Positions 10,216 through 20,094 are shown, counted from the first letter of the stretch. The stretch is 64,000 bases of DNA from Leeuwenhoekiella sp. (GCA_011050015.1 DRGP01000164.1:35515-99514); one strand, 5' to 3'. A program made the numbers and translations. Notes: generated by a model from the letters alone, not told the origin.

Positions 10216-11175
10216 ATGACTTCTAGATCACTTTCTCTTTTTGGGCACCATATAGCACTTGCAAAGATTATTTTTATAGGTATCGCCGCCGTTTGTCTCC
10301 TGCCTTTTGTTTCTACACCTATTGCGCTAGCTGTGGGCGTTGTAGTTGCACAGATACTGGGAAATCCCTTTAAAGAAGCGAGTCACCATGCCATTAACTG
10401 GTTGTTGAAAATTGCCGTGGTAGGTTTGGGATTTGGTATGAGCGTTTCCAGCGCGATTGTTGCCGGTAAAGACGGGTTTTTATTTACTGTGGGCTCGATC
10501 GCCCTTACGTTGACTTTAGGTTTTGTATTAGGTAGACTCTTTGGTATCGATAAGAAAATTTCGCAGCTCATTTCTTCCGGGACGGCCATTTGTGGAGGTA
10601 GCGCGATAGCCGCCATTTCTCCAATAATCAAGGCAGATAGCAAACAGATTTCTGTCGCCATCGGCATTGTGTTCCTGCTCAACTCGGTTGCCCTGTTTTT
10701 GTTTCCTGTTCTTGGGCATTTCTTCGCCCTTTCGCAGCATCAATTTGGTATTTGGTGCGCCATTGCCATACACGATACCAGTTCCGTAGTGGGTGCGGCT
10801 GATGTGTACGGACCCCAAGCCCTTGAGATCGCTACCACCGTAAAATTGGCACGCGCGTTATGGATTCTTCCCGTTTCGGTAGCTTTTGCAATGTGTTCTA
10901 AAGGCAGTTCAAAAAAGATAAAAATACCGTACTTCATTGGTTTGTTTATTCTGGCTATCGTGATCAATACCTACGTGCCTGCAATGCATATCGCCTCTCC
11001 ATATATTGTGAAAACCGCAAAAATTGCGCTCACGCTCACCTTGTTCCTCATCGGTTCTACCCTTACTTTTAAATCGCTAAAGGCAGTGGGCGTCAAACCT
11101 TTATTACAGGCTATTATTGTATGGGCGTTTATTTCCATCGCTTCGCTGGCCATTATCTTACAGACCGTTAATTAA
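10216..11175 (+). CDS. YeiH-family putative sulfate/sulfite exporter
   Basis: GTAICGGSAIAA, AIHDTSSVVGA, TTVKLARALW. Confidence 0.92.
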   Translation: MTSRSLSLFGHHIALAKIIFIGIAAVCLLPFVSTPIALAVGVVVAQILGNPFKEASHHAINWLLKIAVVGLGFGMSVSSAIVAGKDGFLFTVGSIALTLTLGFVLGRLFGIDKKISQLISSGTAICGGSAIAAISPIIKADSKQISVAIGIVFLLNSVALFLFPVLGHFFALSQHQFGIWCAIAIHDTSSVVGAADVYGPQALEIATTVKLARALWILPVSVAFAMCSKGSSKKIKIPYFIGLFILAIVINTYVPAMHIASPYIVKTAKIALTLTLFLIGSTLTFKSLKAVGVKPLLQAIIVWAFISIASLAIILQTVN

Positions 11176-11340
11176 AAGGGCGAAAGCATTTTGCCTGCGG
11201 CGGAAAAATAATTTTTAGTGGGAATATGCCCAAAAACCACCTTTTCTCACTATAAATAAGTCTAAAAAGAGTAATTTCAATCTACTAAAAAACGGTAGTC
11301 AAAAGGTCGTGATCGGCCTTTTTCCATGTTAAACCGCACT

Positions 11341-12594
11341 ATGGAACTTTTTCACCTCATCAGTATTTTAATTGTTTTTGCATCCTCCTTTGGCTATATC
11401 AATGCACGTTTTATAAAACTACCTACCACTATTGGGTTGATGCTTATTTCCATGATATTTTCCATTGGGGTACTGGTCTTGGGCAAATATTTCCCCACCG
11501 TGATTTCCTATGAAAATAAACTCATGGCGGAACTTGATTTTCGGGATATTGTTTTGAATGGTATTTTAAGTTTTTTACTCTTCGCCGGCGCACTCCAGGT
11601 AGATTTATCGCAATTGCGAAAACAGCGCCTGCCAGTTATCATTTTTTCTACGCTGGGGGTGCTTATTTCGACTTTTTTGGTAAGTGTGCTTTTATATTAT
11701 GTACTTGTCCTTTTAAACCTGCAAATTCCTTATTTGCACTGCCTTGTTTTTGGTGCGCTAATATCGCCCACAGATCCCGTAGCCATTATGGGTATTTTGA
11801 AAAAAGTGGGGATAATCAAATCCTTAGAAGTCAAAATAGTGGGAGAAAGCCTTTTTAATGACGGCGTAGGCTACGTGCTTTTTTTAACGGTGCTGCATCT
11901 GGCGCAGTCTGGAAGCGGTGGTGAGCCCGTGCAGTTTCAAGAAACCGCGCTTTTGTTCTTAAAAGAAGTGGGTGGCGGCTTTTTATTGGGCGGTATTTTG
12001 GGGTGGATCACCTATCACGCTCTGGCACATATAGACGATTATCAAGTGGAGGTAATGATCACGCTGGCCATGGTCATGGGCGGCTATACCCTGGCCGATA
12101 AACTCGGTATTTCGGGACCTATTACGATGGTGGTTGGCGGCTTAATTATTGGCGATAAATTGGGTAATAAAAAAGTGGTTTCTGAACAATCTGAAGTGTA
12201 CGTCAATAAATTCTGGGATTTGATGGATGTGCTTTTTAATGCGTTTCTTTTCCTATTGATCGGTCTTGAGATTCTGATCGTAGATTTCAATAAAACGGCA
12301 CTTTTGGCCGGTTTATTGATCATTCCTTCGGTCATATTGAGTCGGTATGTTTCGCTGAAAGCGCTTATTGTATTACTACGGAATTGGGTACCGTTTGAAT
12401 CAAAAACAACGCTTATCATGACCTGGGGTGGCCTGCGCGGTGGTATTTCCATCGCTATGGCTCTTTCGCTGCCTGAAGATATTTCGCGCACCATCCTGAT
12501 CACCTTGACCTATTGCATTGTGATTTTTTCAATACTGGTACAAGGGCTCACCTTAGCGCCCCTGGTCAAAAAATATCATTTGAATAATCAGTGA
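11341..12594 (+). CDS. CPA1-family Na+/H+ antiporter (NhaP-like)
   Basis: LLFAGAL, ISPTDPVA, GESLFNDGV, WGGLRGGIS; start 11326 or 11341. Confidence 0.93.
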   Translation: MELFHLISILIVFASSFGYINARFIKLPTTIGLMLISMIFSIGVLVLGKYFPTVISYENKLMAELDFRDIVLNGILSFLLFAGALQVDLSQLRKQRLPVIIFSTLGVLISTFLVSVLLYYVLVLLNLQIPYLHCLVFGALISPTDPVAIMGILKKVGIIKSLEVKIVGESLFNDGVGYVLFLTVLHLAQSGSGGEPVQFQETALLFLKEVGGGFLLGGILGWITYHALAHIDDYQVEVMITLAMVMGGYTLADKLGISGPITMVVGGLIIGDKLGNKKVVSEQSEVYVNKFWDLMDVLFNAFLFLLIGLEILIVDFNKTALLAGLLIIPSVILSRYVSLKALIVLLRNWVPFESKTTLIMTWGGLRGGISIAMALSLPEDISRTILITLTYCIVIFSILVQGLTLAPLVKKYHLNNQ

Positions 12595-12835
12595 TGCCCC
12601 CCTTCTTTAATTACGGAATTGGGCGTTTTTTACATACCGTATTGTAATGCTTATCCAAAAAGTCAAAGAAAAAAGCAACTTCTCAAAATAAATGGAGTCT
12701 ATAAAGACACGGCGTTATACTTTTAAACCCTAAGCCATAAGTGCAGTCTTAAGAGTGCCATTGCAAATACTTCATGGTAGTGCTTTGCCGCTAAATGCAT
12801 ATATTGACTAAAACCATTAAAAAAGTCCCTTCCAA

Positions 12836-13339
12836 ATGATAAAATACGCCTCCTTATTTTTACTCGTGTTTGCCTTAACGTCCCAGGCAAAAGCGCAAAG
12901 CAAAGAAGTTGCTCACATTGATATGAATGCACTCCTTGATCTCATGCCCGAAAAGCAACAGGCTCAGGCCGAACTTAGCCGTACCGAACGCGCATACCGG
13001 GAAGATTTTCAAATGTCTTACCGGGAATATCAGGCGAAATATCAAAAATACGAAGAGGAAAAGGAAACACTTGCTCCAGCCGAAAGCGCGAAGCGTGAAA
13101 GCGACCTACAGCTCATTGAGCGCAATCTGGCCCAGACCCAGCAAAATATAGAAGATCAAATCAAGGAAAAGGAGGATATGCTCTATAAACCCATTCGGGA
13201 AAAGGCTAAAAAAATGGTGAATCAAGTAGCTGATGCCCAGGGATTTTTCTACGTTTTTGATTCTTCGGCAGATAACGGGATGATCATGGCCAAAGGAAAG
13301 GATTTATTGCCTGATGTCAAGAAAAGCATGGGGCTATAA
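12836..13339 (+). CDS. OmpH/Skp periplasmic chaperone
   Basis: Signal peptide, VAHIDMNALLDLMPE, coiled coil, GFFYVFD..DLLPDVKK. Confidence 0.9.
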   Translation: MIKYASLFLLVFALTSQAKAQSKEVAHIDMNALLDLMPEKQQAQAELSRTERAYREDFQMSYREYQAKYQKYEEEKETLAPAESAKRESDLQLIERNLAQTQQNIEDQIKEKEDMLYKPIREKAKKMVNQVADAQGFFYVFDSSADNGMIMAKGKDLLPDVKKSMGL

Positions 13340-13366
13340 ATACTTAAAAACAGGCAAAAACACATG

Positions 13367-13404
13367 AAAAACGGCCAATTTCATGATGAAATTGGCCGTT
13401 TTTT
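13367..13404. terminator. Bidirectional intrinsic terminator
   Basis: AAAAACGGCCAATTTCA-TGA-TGAAATTGGCCGTTTTT between convergent genes. Confidence 0.85.
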
Positions 13405-13428
13405 GTTGTTAATTGAAAAAATCTTTGC

Positions 13429-13501
13429 GTCAACCTAAACGTGTTTCAGGTTCTCATCCTGAATTTCACGTCATGCGATTCTAAAATAAATTTAGGATGA
13501 C
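13429..13501. repeat. REP-like doublet, type C
   Basis: GTCAACCTAAACGTGTTTCAGGTTCT...GATTCTAAAATAAATTTAGGATGAC; a second copy in opposite orientation lies at 46899-46974. Confidence 0.65.
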
Positions 13502-13521
13502 GACTTTAAAACTTTAATAAA

Positions 13522-14556
13522 TCAAGGCGCAGGATTAGGAATTGCGGTGTGCACTTTATTGATTTCTTCCAGAATTTCTTCGGAAAGTTCAACATTTATA
13601 CTTGCGATATTTTCCTTAAGCTGATCCATTTTACTGGCGCCAATAATGGTAGCGGTCATAAATGGCCTACTTGTTACAAAAGCGAGTGAAAGCTGGGCGA
13701 GTGATAAACCATGACGTTCAGCGATTTCTTTGTATTCGTGTGTTGCCGCAACACTGTTCTCATTATTATACCTATCATATTGTGGAAAAAGCGAAAGACG
13801 TGTGTTTTCTTGAATGCCGTCCAAATGCTTACCGCTTAGTGTCCCAAAACCCATAGGTGAATAAGCCAGCATGCCCACTTCCTCGCGTAGCATGATTTCG
13901 GTCAGGCCAATTTCATCTTTACGGTTAAGTAAATTATAGGGGTTTTGCATCGTTATCATTTTTGGTAATCCCTGGCTTCTGGATTCTTCCAGAAAACGGG
14001 AGAGCCCGTAGGCGGTCTCATTGCTCAGCCCGATATGGCGAATTAAACCTTCTTTTACAAATTCATTGAGGCTTTCCAGAATTTCCTTAAAATTATCGCT
14101 CCACGCTTCATCTGCATCGTGCGCGTAATCCAGTTTGCCAAAATAATTGGTATTGCGTTCTGGCCAGTGCAATTGATAGAGATCGAGATAATCGGTTTGC
14201 AGGCGTTTTAGACTTTTATGAATGGCATCCTTAATCTCTGCTTTGGCGTAACCACCGGTGCGAATGTGTTTAGTCATTTCTGCAGGGCCGGCAATTTTTG
14301 AAGCGATGACCAGATCGTCGCGCTTCCCGCGTTTTTTAAGCCAGGTGCCGATTATTTTTTCAGTGCTACCGTAGGTTTCCGCGCGTGCTGGTGTGCTGTA
14401 TAATTCGGCTGTATCTATAAAATTAATGCCCTGATCTATGGCATAATCCAGCTGGGCATGGCCTTCGGTTTCGGTATTTTGTTCGCCCCAGGTCATTGAG
14501 CCTAGGCAGATTTCACTTACGTTAAGGTCTGTATTGGGGAGGGTGGTGTATTTCAT
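13522..14556 (-). CDS. NADP(H)-dependent aldo/keto reductase (Tas-like)
   Basis: LGSMTWGEQN, FIDTAELY, LYQLHWP, IGLSNET, QNPYNLLNR. Confidence 0.93.
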   Translation of the reverse strand: MKYTTLPNTDLNVSEICLGSMTWGEQNTETEGHAQLDYAIDQGINFIDTAELYSTPARAETYGSTEKIIGTWLKKRGKRDDLVIASKIAGPAEMTKHIRTGGYAKAEIKDAIHKSLKRLQTDYLDLYQLHWPERNTNYFGKLDYAHDADEAWSDNFKEILESLNEFVKEGLIRHIGLSNETAYGLSRFLEESRSQGLPKMITMQNPYNLLNRKDEIGLTEIMLREEVGMLAYSPMGFGTLSGKHLDGIQENTRLSLFPQYDRYNNENSVAATHEYKEIAERHGLSLAQLSLAFVTSRPFMTATIIGASKMDQLKENIASINVELSEEILEEINKVHTAIPNPAP

Positions 14557-14589
14557 TTTTTGTTTAAAGTTTCAGGTTTGAAGTTAAAA

Positions 14590-15348
14590 TCAGTCTAATT
14601 CCACTAAAATGGGGCAGTGGTCGCTATGTTTGGCCTCGTTTAAAATAAGTGCACGTTTGATGTTTTCTTTGAGCGGGGCGCTCACCATATTATAGTCAAT
14701 TCTCCAGCCCTTATTGTTCTGGCGGGCATTGGCACGGTAACTCCACCAGGAATATTTTTCAACATCCTTATTGAGGTGGCGAAAGGAATCTATAAAACCA
14801 CTTTCTATAAAACCGCCTATCCAAGCGCGTTCTACAGGTAGAAATCCGCTTGTGTTTTTTAGCCGAACCGGATCGTGAATATCAATTGCCTCATGGCAAA
14901 TGTTGTAATCCCCACCAATGACCAGGTTGGGACGTTCTACTTTGAGGTTGTTGATATACTCCTGAAAAAGGTTCATATATTCCAGTTTATGATCCAAACG
15001 GGCACTATTTGTCCCCGAGGGCAAATACAGGCTCATGACCGATACATCGCCAAAATCTGCCCTTATATTGCGGCCTTCTGCATCCATGGAGGGAATCCCG
15101 GTACCGTATTCAATATGATCGGGGCCTGTTTTGCTTAAAATGGCCACGCCGCTATAGCCCTTTTTTTGTGCACTGAACCAGTAGGCGTGATAACCGGCCT
15201 CTTCAAAAACCTCGAGTTCCAGCTGCTCTTTATTCGCCTTGATTTCCTGTAGGCAGAGCACATCGGGATCAGCACTTTTCAGCCAGCCCATAAGGTCTTT
15301 ACGCAGGGCGGCGCGTATTCCGTTTACGTTGTAAGAGATGATTTTCAT
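14590..15348 (-). CDS. xth: Exodeoxyribonuclease III
   Basis: MKIISYNVNGIRA, CLQEIK, GDYNICH, GWRIDY, SDHCP; start ATG 15348. Confidence 0.96.
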   Translation of the reverse strand: MKIISYNVNGIRAALRKDLMGWLKSADPDVLCLQEIKANKEQLELEVFEEAGYHAYWFSAQKKGYSGVAILSKTGPDHIEYGTGIPSMDAEGRNIRADFGDVSVMSLYLPSGTNSARLDHKLEYMNLFQEYINNLKVERPNLVIGGDYNICHEAIDIHDPVRLKNTSGFLPVERAWIGGFIESGFIDSFRHLNKDVEKYSWWSYRANARQNNKGWRIDYNMVSAPLKENIKRALILNEAKHSDHCPILVELD

Positions 15349-15365
15349 AGCCCGCGAAGATACTG

Positions 15366-15398
15366 AATCCCCAACCAACCTCCCCAAAGGAGAAGAGC
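15366..15398 (+). repeat. REP-like repeat, type A
   Basis: AATCCCCAACCAACCTCCCCAAAGGAGAAGAGC; related copies at 7934 and 59643. Confidence 0.6.
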
Positions 15399-15412
15399 AT
15401 TTATCCTGAATG

Positions 15413-15555
15413 GTTCCGCTCCTTTTAAAGGAGGGGTGGCACCGCGCCAGCGGTGACGGGGTGATTTACCACGAATTTTGCGGTTAACTTGAAATCCGTG
15501 TTTTAACCCTTCCGTCCGCCAAATGCGGCCACCTTCCCTTGCTAAGGGAAGGAGC
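15413..15555. repeat. Inverted REP pair (REPIN/MITE-like), type B
   Basis: Left arm CTCCTTTTAAAGGAGGGGTGGC..GACGGGGTGATT and right arm AACCCTTCCGTC..GCCACCTTCCCTTGCTAAGGGAAGGAG are imperfect reverse complements, each with internal hairpins. Confidence 0.65.
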
Positions 15556-15702
15556 TTTTAGAGTTTTATTTTCACAGAACGATTCAACAGTTCAACAATT
15601 AACTAAATACAAGCAGCTTCCTTAAAAAATCACAATTCCACCCTACTTTGCTTATTTTTGGCCAGGTCATACTAACGGGCCTTTCTTCCAGTTAACTAAG
15701 TA

Positions 15703-18700
15703 ATGCGCCATACCGTACTTTTCTTATTGGTTATCTATCCCTCGCTACTACTGGCGCAGGAGGTTAACGACCCTACTGTACGTCAAAAGCGTTTGCTGGT
15801 TCGGGATTCAGTGGTGCTGGACAGTGTGAGCATCAATCCTTCATTTTTTGAGGTGCATAAAAAAAATGGAAAAACGCTGGATAGTTCTATGTATGAAATG
15901 GATTATGGCCGTGCTATTTTCCGCTTTTCTGTTTCACCGGCAGGCCGGCGCGAAAGCAATAATTTTTCGGAGGATACGTTGATTTTTAACTACAGTGTCT
16001 ATCCCGATTTTTTGACTAAACGCTATTTTATGTTTGACCGCGATCGGGTGGTGAGTAGTTCGGGTGCCCTTGATAAGGTGCAGGCGCTTCGGGAAGAGCG
16101 CAACACGCCAGAATTCACCCCTTTTGACGGCCTCAATGTTTCCGGGAGCATCGTGCGTGGCGTGACTGTGGGCAACAACCAGAATAGTACGCTGAATTCT
16201 GAACTTGATCTGCAGATTAGCGGGCAGCTAAGCGAAAAGGTGGGATTGCGGGCTTCCATACAGGATGCCAATATCCCCCAGCAGGAGGGCGGTTATTCAC
16301 AACGATTGGATGAATTTGACCAGATATTCATAGAACTTTACAGCGATAACTGGAACATTCGCGCAGGCGATATCAACCTTGAGGAAAACACCTCTTATTT
16401 TGGGAGTTTTTCAAAAAAAGTACAGGGACTTTCCCTTAGCGGATCGCTTGAAAATGAAGAGAACAAAACCTCGCTTTTTGCTACTGGTGCACTGGTGCGT
16501 GGTGTGTTTACCCAAAGTAGGTTTACCGGTCAAGAGGGCAATCAGGGCCCCTACAAACTCACCGGTCCCAATGGTGAATTGTATGTGCTCATTGTGAGCG
16601 GTAGCGAGCGCGTGTATGTGAACGGGGTGTTGCTGCAGCGTGGGGAAACCGAAGATTATGTGATAGACTATAATGCCGGTGAGATCAGTTTTAACCCTAC
16701 GTTTCCCATTACCAGCGAGATGCGTATTTCGGTGGAATATCAATACAGCGAACAGAATTTTACGCGGGTGATCGCCTACGGCGGAAGCGGTTTTGAGACG
16801 ACAGACGAGAAATTTGCGCTACGTGCGCATGTCTATTCTGAAAGTGATGCCAAAAACCAGCCACTGCTGCAAAACCTTAATGAAGACCAAGTGGATGTTT
16901 TACAGGAAGCTGGCGATGACCGCAACCAGATGATTGCACCCAGCGCCACGCCAGACAGCTATGACGAAAACAAAATTTTATACAGAAAAGAAGTGCGTAA
17001 CGGTAACGAGATCTATGTATTTTCTACAGATCCCGAGGACGAACTTTTTAATGTGCGCTTTACACAAGTAGGGCCGGGCCAAGGTGATTATGTTTTAAGT
17101 GACGGGAATGCGATTTCCACTATTTATGAATATGTAGCGCCCATAAATGGCATTTCACAGGGCAATTTCGCCCCCGTGGTACAACTTTTTGCACCTACTA
17201 AATTACAAATGGCGGTGGTGCAAGGCCACTATGCGCCTTCGGTAAAAACAAAAATCGCTTTTGAAGGCGCCGGAAGTAAAAACGACCTGAACCTGTTTTC
17301 TGAACTTGATGATGCCAATAATGACGGTTTTGCCGGTAAAATCACCGCAAATCAGCAGTTTTTTGACTCAGAGAAGAAAAATCAGCTAGAGGCTTTTGCT
17401 AATCTTGATTATATTCAGGAGGATTTTAGAAATGTGGAGCGCACTTATAATATTGAGTTCTCCAGAGACTGGAACTTGCCGCTCTTACCACAGGGAGACC
17501 AGACCTTTCTTACCACAGGATTAAATTATGCAGAAAATAATCGGGTAACGCTCAATTACCGTTTTGAAAACCTCACCTATTCAAGCAATTATTCGGGCAA
17601 TCGGCATAGTATTTTAGGTGCTTTTACGAGTTCAAAGTTTCGCGCAAGCGTAAATACCAGTTTTTTGAATACTCGAGCCGATACGGCGACAACTACTTTT
17701 TTCCGGTTATATTCCCGCGCCATTTATGATTTTGACAAATCTTGGGTAGGTGGTGTGGTAAATGCCGAAGATAATGTACAGGAAGATGCCACGGGCGTTG
17801 ATCCGCTGAGTCAGCGCTTTCAGGCCTATGAGGTTTTTACCGGTTTGGGGGACAGTACGAAGGTTTTCGCTGAAATCGGTTACCGCTACCGTGTCAATGA
17901 CAGTGTACGCGATACCAATTTACAGCGTGTAAACAGCAGCAACACGTACTATCTCAAGTCGCAATTTGTTAAGAATGAAAACACGCGCCTGGCCCTTTTT
18001 GTGAATTATAGAAACTTAAAATACATTGAAACGCAACGTGAAAATGAACAATCGTTAAACAGCCGGCTAATTTATGACCAGAGCCTTTTTAATCAAATGC
18101 TGCGCTGGAATACTGTTTTTGAAACCAGCAGCGGGACGCTGCCCAGACAGGAATTTACATATGTAAATGTAGATGAGGGGCAGGGTACCCACACCTGGAA
18201 TGATTATAACAACGACGGTGTGCAGCAGTTGCAGGAGTTTGAACTGGCACAGTTTCGAGATCAGGCAGATTACATCCGCGTGCTCCTGCCCAACCGTATT
18301 TTTGTAAAAACACACCAGAACAAATTGAGTCAGTTGCTTACCTTAAATCCGCAGCAATGGTCAGGGCAAACCGGTTTTAAAAAATTTCTTTCTCATTTTT
18401 ATAACCAGACCAGCTATCTAATAGATCGTAAAATTTTACGCGAAGGCGACGCTTTTAATCTGAATCCTTTTGCCAGCAGTGATAATGAACTAAGCCTGAA
18501 CCTAAGCCTTAGGAACACCTTATTTTTTAACCGCGGTATTCAGAAATTTACCACCAGTTATATCTATTTAAGTACAAAAAGCACCAATTTACTGGCTATT
18601 GGTTTACAGGAAAATGATTTGCGAAGCCATCAATTCAATTTTTTGCATAAAGTGAAAGAAAGTTATTTAGTGAATTTAAAAAGTGAATTTGGCACGAATT

Positions 18701-19140
18701 CCAGTGCCTCAGAAAATTTTGAGCAACGCAATTTTGAGTTAAAAACGGTAGATATTCAGCCGAAACTGTCCTATTTATTCAATGAGCAATCGCGTATCGA
18801 AGCTTTTTATGGTTTTGGGAAAAAAGAGAACCAATTGGGCGATATGGAGCAGCTCACGCAGCAAGACCTAGGCGTTGCTTTTAGTTTTGCGAATGCCGCC
18901 AAACTTTCCCTGAACGGCGAACTCAAATACATCAACAATGATTTTAGCGGGAGTGCTTTTTCTCCGGTGGCCTACCAGATGCTCGAGGGGTTACAGCCGG
19001 GCACCAACTTTACCTGGAACCTTATCGCCCAGCGGCGCCTCACCAAATTCCTGGACCTCAACATCTCTTATTTTGGCCGGAAAAGCGAAAGTACGAGGAC
19101 GATACATACGGGGACGGTACAGTTAAGGGCTTTTTTTTAG
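15703..19140 (+). CDS. Large uncharacterised outer-membrane beta-barrel protein
   Basis: 1145 aa, signal peptide, many amphipathic strands, C-terminal beta-signal TGTVQLRAFF; TATTTTTG promoter element near 15653. Confidence 0.85.
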   Translation: MRHTVLFLLVIYPSLLLAQEVNDPTVRQKRLLVRDSVVLDSVSINPSFFEVHKKNGKTLDSSMYEMDYGRAIFRFSVSPAGRRESNNFSEDTLIFNYSVYPDFLTKRYFMFDRDRVVSSSGALDKVQALREERNTPEFTPFDGLNVSGSIVRGVTVGNNQNSTLNSELDLQISGQLSEKVGLRASIQDANIPQQEGGYSQRLDEFDQIFIELYSDNWNIRAGDINLEENTSYFGSFSKKVQGLSLSGSLENEENKTSLFATGALVRGVFTQSRFTGQEGNQGPYKLTGPNGELYVLIVSGSERVYVNGVLLQRGETEDYVIDYNAGEISFNPTFPITSEMRISVEYQYSEQNFTRVIAYGGSGFETTDEKFALRAHVYSESDAKNQPLLQNLNEDQVDVLQEAGDDRNQMIAPSATPDSYDENKILYRKEVRNGNEIYVFSTDPEDELFNVRFTQVGPGQGDYVLSDGNAISTIYEYVAPINGISQGNFAPVVQLFAPTKLQMAVVQGHYAPSVKTKIAFEGAGSKNDLNLFSELDDANNDGFAGKITANQQFFDSEKKNQLEAFANLDYIQEDFRNVERTYNIEFSRDWNLPLLPQGDQTFLTTGLNYAENNRVTLNYRFENLTYSSNYSGNRHSILGAFTSSKFRASVNTSFLNTRADTATTTFFRLYSRAIYDFDKSWVGGVVNAEDNVQEDATGVDPLSQRFQAYEVFTGLGDSTKVFAEIGYRYRVNDSVRDTNLQRVNSSNTYYLKSQFVKNENTRLALFVNYRNLKYIETQRENEQSLNSRLIYDQSLFNQMLRWNTVFETSSGTLPRQEFTYVNVDEGQGTHTWNDYNNDGVQQLQEFELAQFRDQADYIRVLLPNRIFVKTHQNKLSQLLTLNPQQWSGQTGFKKFLSHFYNQTSYLIDRKILREGDAFNLNPFASSDNELSLNLSLRNTLFFNRGIQKFTTSYIYLSTKSTNLLAIGLQENDLRSHQFNFLHKVKESYLVNLKSEFGTNSSASENFEQRNFELKTVDIQPKLSYLFNEQSRIEAFYGFGKKENQLGDMEQLTQQDLGVAFSFANAAKLSLNGELKYINNDFSGSAFSPVAYQMLEGLQPGTNFTWNLIAQRRLTKFLDLNISYFGRKSESTRTIHTGTVQLRAFF

Positions 19141-19407
19141 AGAGAGGAAGACGGCTTATTTTAGGAAGTCAATTGCTTTTACTTTTAAAGTATGATTCGA
19201 TATAAGCTTATTTGAGTTTGCAATCTGCCTTTTGCCGGCCAAACTATACCATTCTCTAAAGTCGAACAAAAGTTACAGGGTTCTGGTGATTTTCACTAGA
19301 TTTTAGAATCCTATCTGATCTTCCTTATTTTTAATTCTTTTTTACAAAATCCGTCCAAATAGCTTTGAATACTCTTCATAATGTTTTTTTCCTAACAATT
19401 GTACATG

Positions 19408-19569
19408 TTAGCCACGTCTTTTCTTATTCGGTAATTTTGCGGTTGATAGAACTTTGTTCGCCTTTTCTAACTTCTTGGGAAATAGTATTCTGTCACGTAA
19501 TTTATCTAAATTCTTATCTATCACCACAAGGGGTTTGTTTCGATTTGATATGTTGACTACTGTTTTCAT
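19408..19569 (-). CDS. 53-aa basic protein, partner of the DUF6934-like gene (not in ORF track)
   Basis: MKTVVNISNRNKPLVVIDKNLDKLRDRILFPKKLEKANKVLSTAKLPNKKRRG*; ATG 2 nt after the upstream stop. Confidence 0.75.
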   Translation of the reverse strand: MKTVVNISNRNKPLVVIDKNLDKLRDRILFPKKLEKANKVLSTAKLPNKKRRG

Positions 19570-19571
19570 GT

Positions 19572-20018
19572 TTATTTAAATTTCCTTTGCACTAAAAACC
19601 CATCGTATTCAGTACCGATTTCAAAGTCAACAAAATCGTCTCCAATTTGTCCATAAAGATAAAAATCTTTTTTGACTTCATTATAAAATCGGTTTATTCC
19701 CATTCTGTATAATCTTGTTCGATACTTAGTACTTCCGGTTGCATAAACGAAAAAATCAGGATATTTATTGAAAAAGGTATATACTGCGTCGACTACTGTC
19801 ACCAAAATCTTTTGCGTATCCCCATTATCTGAAATCGCTAAATCATTAAAATTTTGTGTTCTGGAATTAAAATCTCCAAAAGCTAAATTATAAACATCCG
19901 GATTTGTTGTTTCTTGAAACTCAATTAATTTTCTAATAGCGCCTTTAGAACCTTCACTTATAAATTCGAAACGTGTAAATTTACTTTCAGACTTTAAGTG
20001 ATATTTTTCGTTATTAAT
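19572..20018 (-). CDS. DUF6934-like protein, 148 codons, ATT start or lost ATG
   Basis: Frame is open 71 codons above the listed ORF: INNEKYHLKSESKFTRFEFISEGSKGAIRKLIEF...YNLAFGD...DNGDTQKILVTV...ATGSTKYRTRLYRMGI; first codon ATT follows TAG TAA. Confidence 0.75.
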   Translation of the reverse strand: MNNEKYHLKSESKFTRFEFISEGSKGAIRKLIEFQETTNPDVYNLAFGDFNSRTQNFNDLAISDNGDTQKILVTVVDAVYTFFNKYPDFFVYATGSTKYRTRLYRMGINRFYNEVKKDFYLYGQIGDDFVDFEIGTEYDGFLVQRKFK

Positions 20019-20094
20019 TTACTATTTATCAGGGTGTTAAGATATAAAATTTGATTTAGATAATGGTTTTTTTGAAGTTTTGATGCTTTCTATA

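Noticed and set aside
19150-19400. Short frames (e.g. MKSIQSYLDGFCKKELKIRKIR*) and the + strand ORF 19365-19556
   Set aside because: No recognisable homology; the + ORF is antisense to the better-supported 53-aa gene
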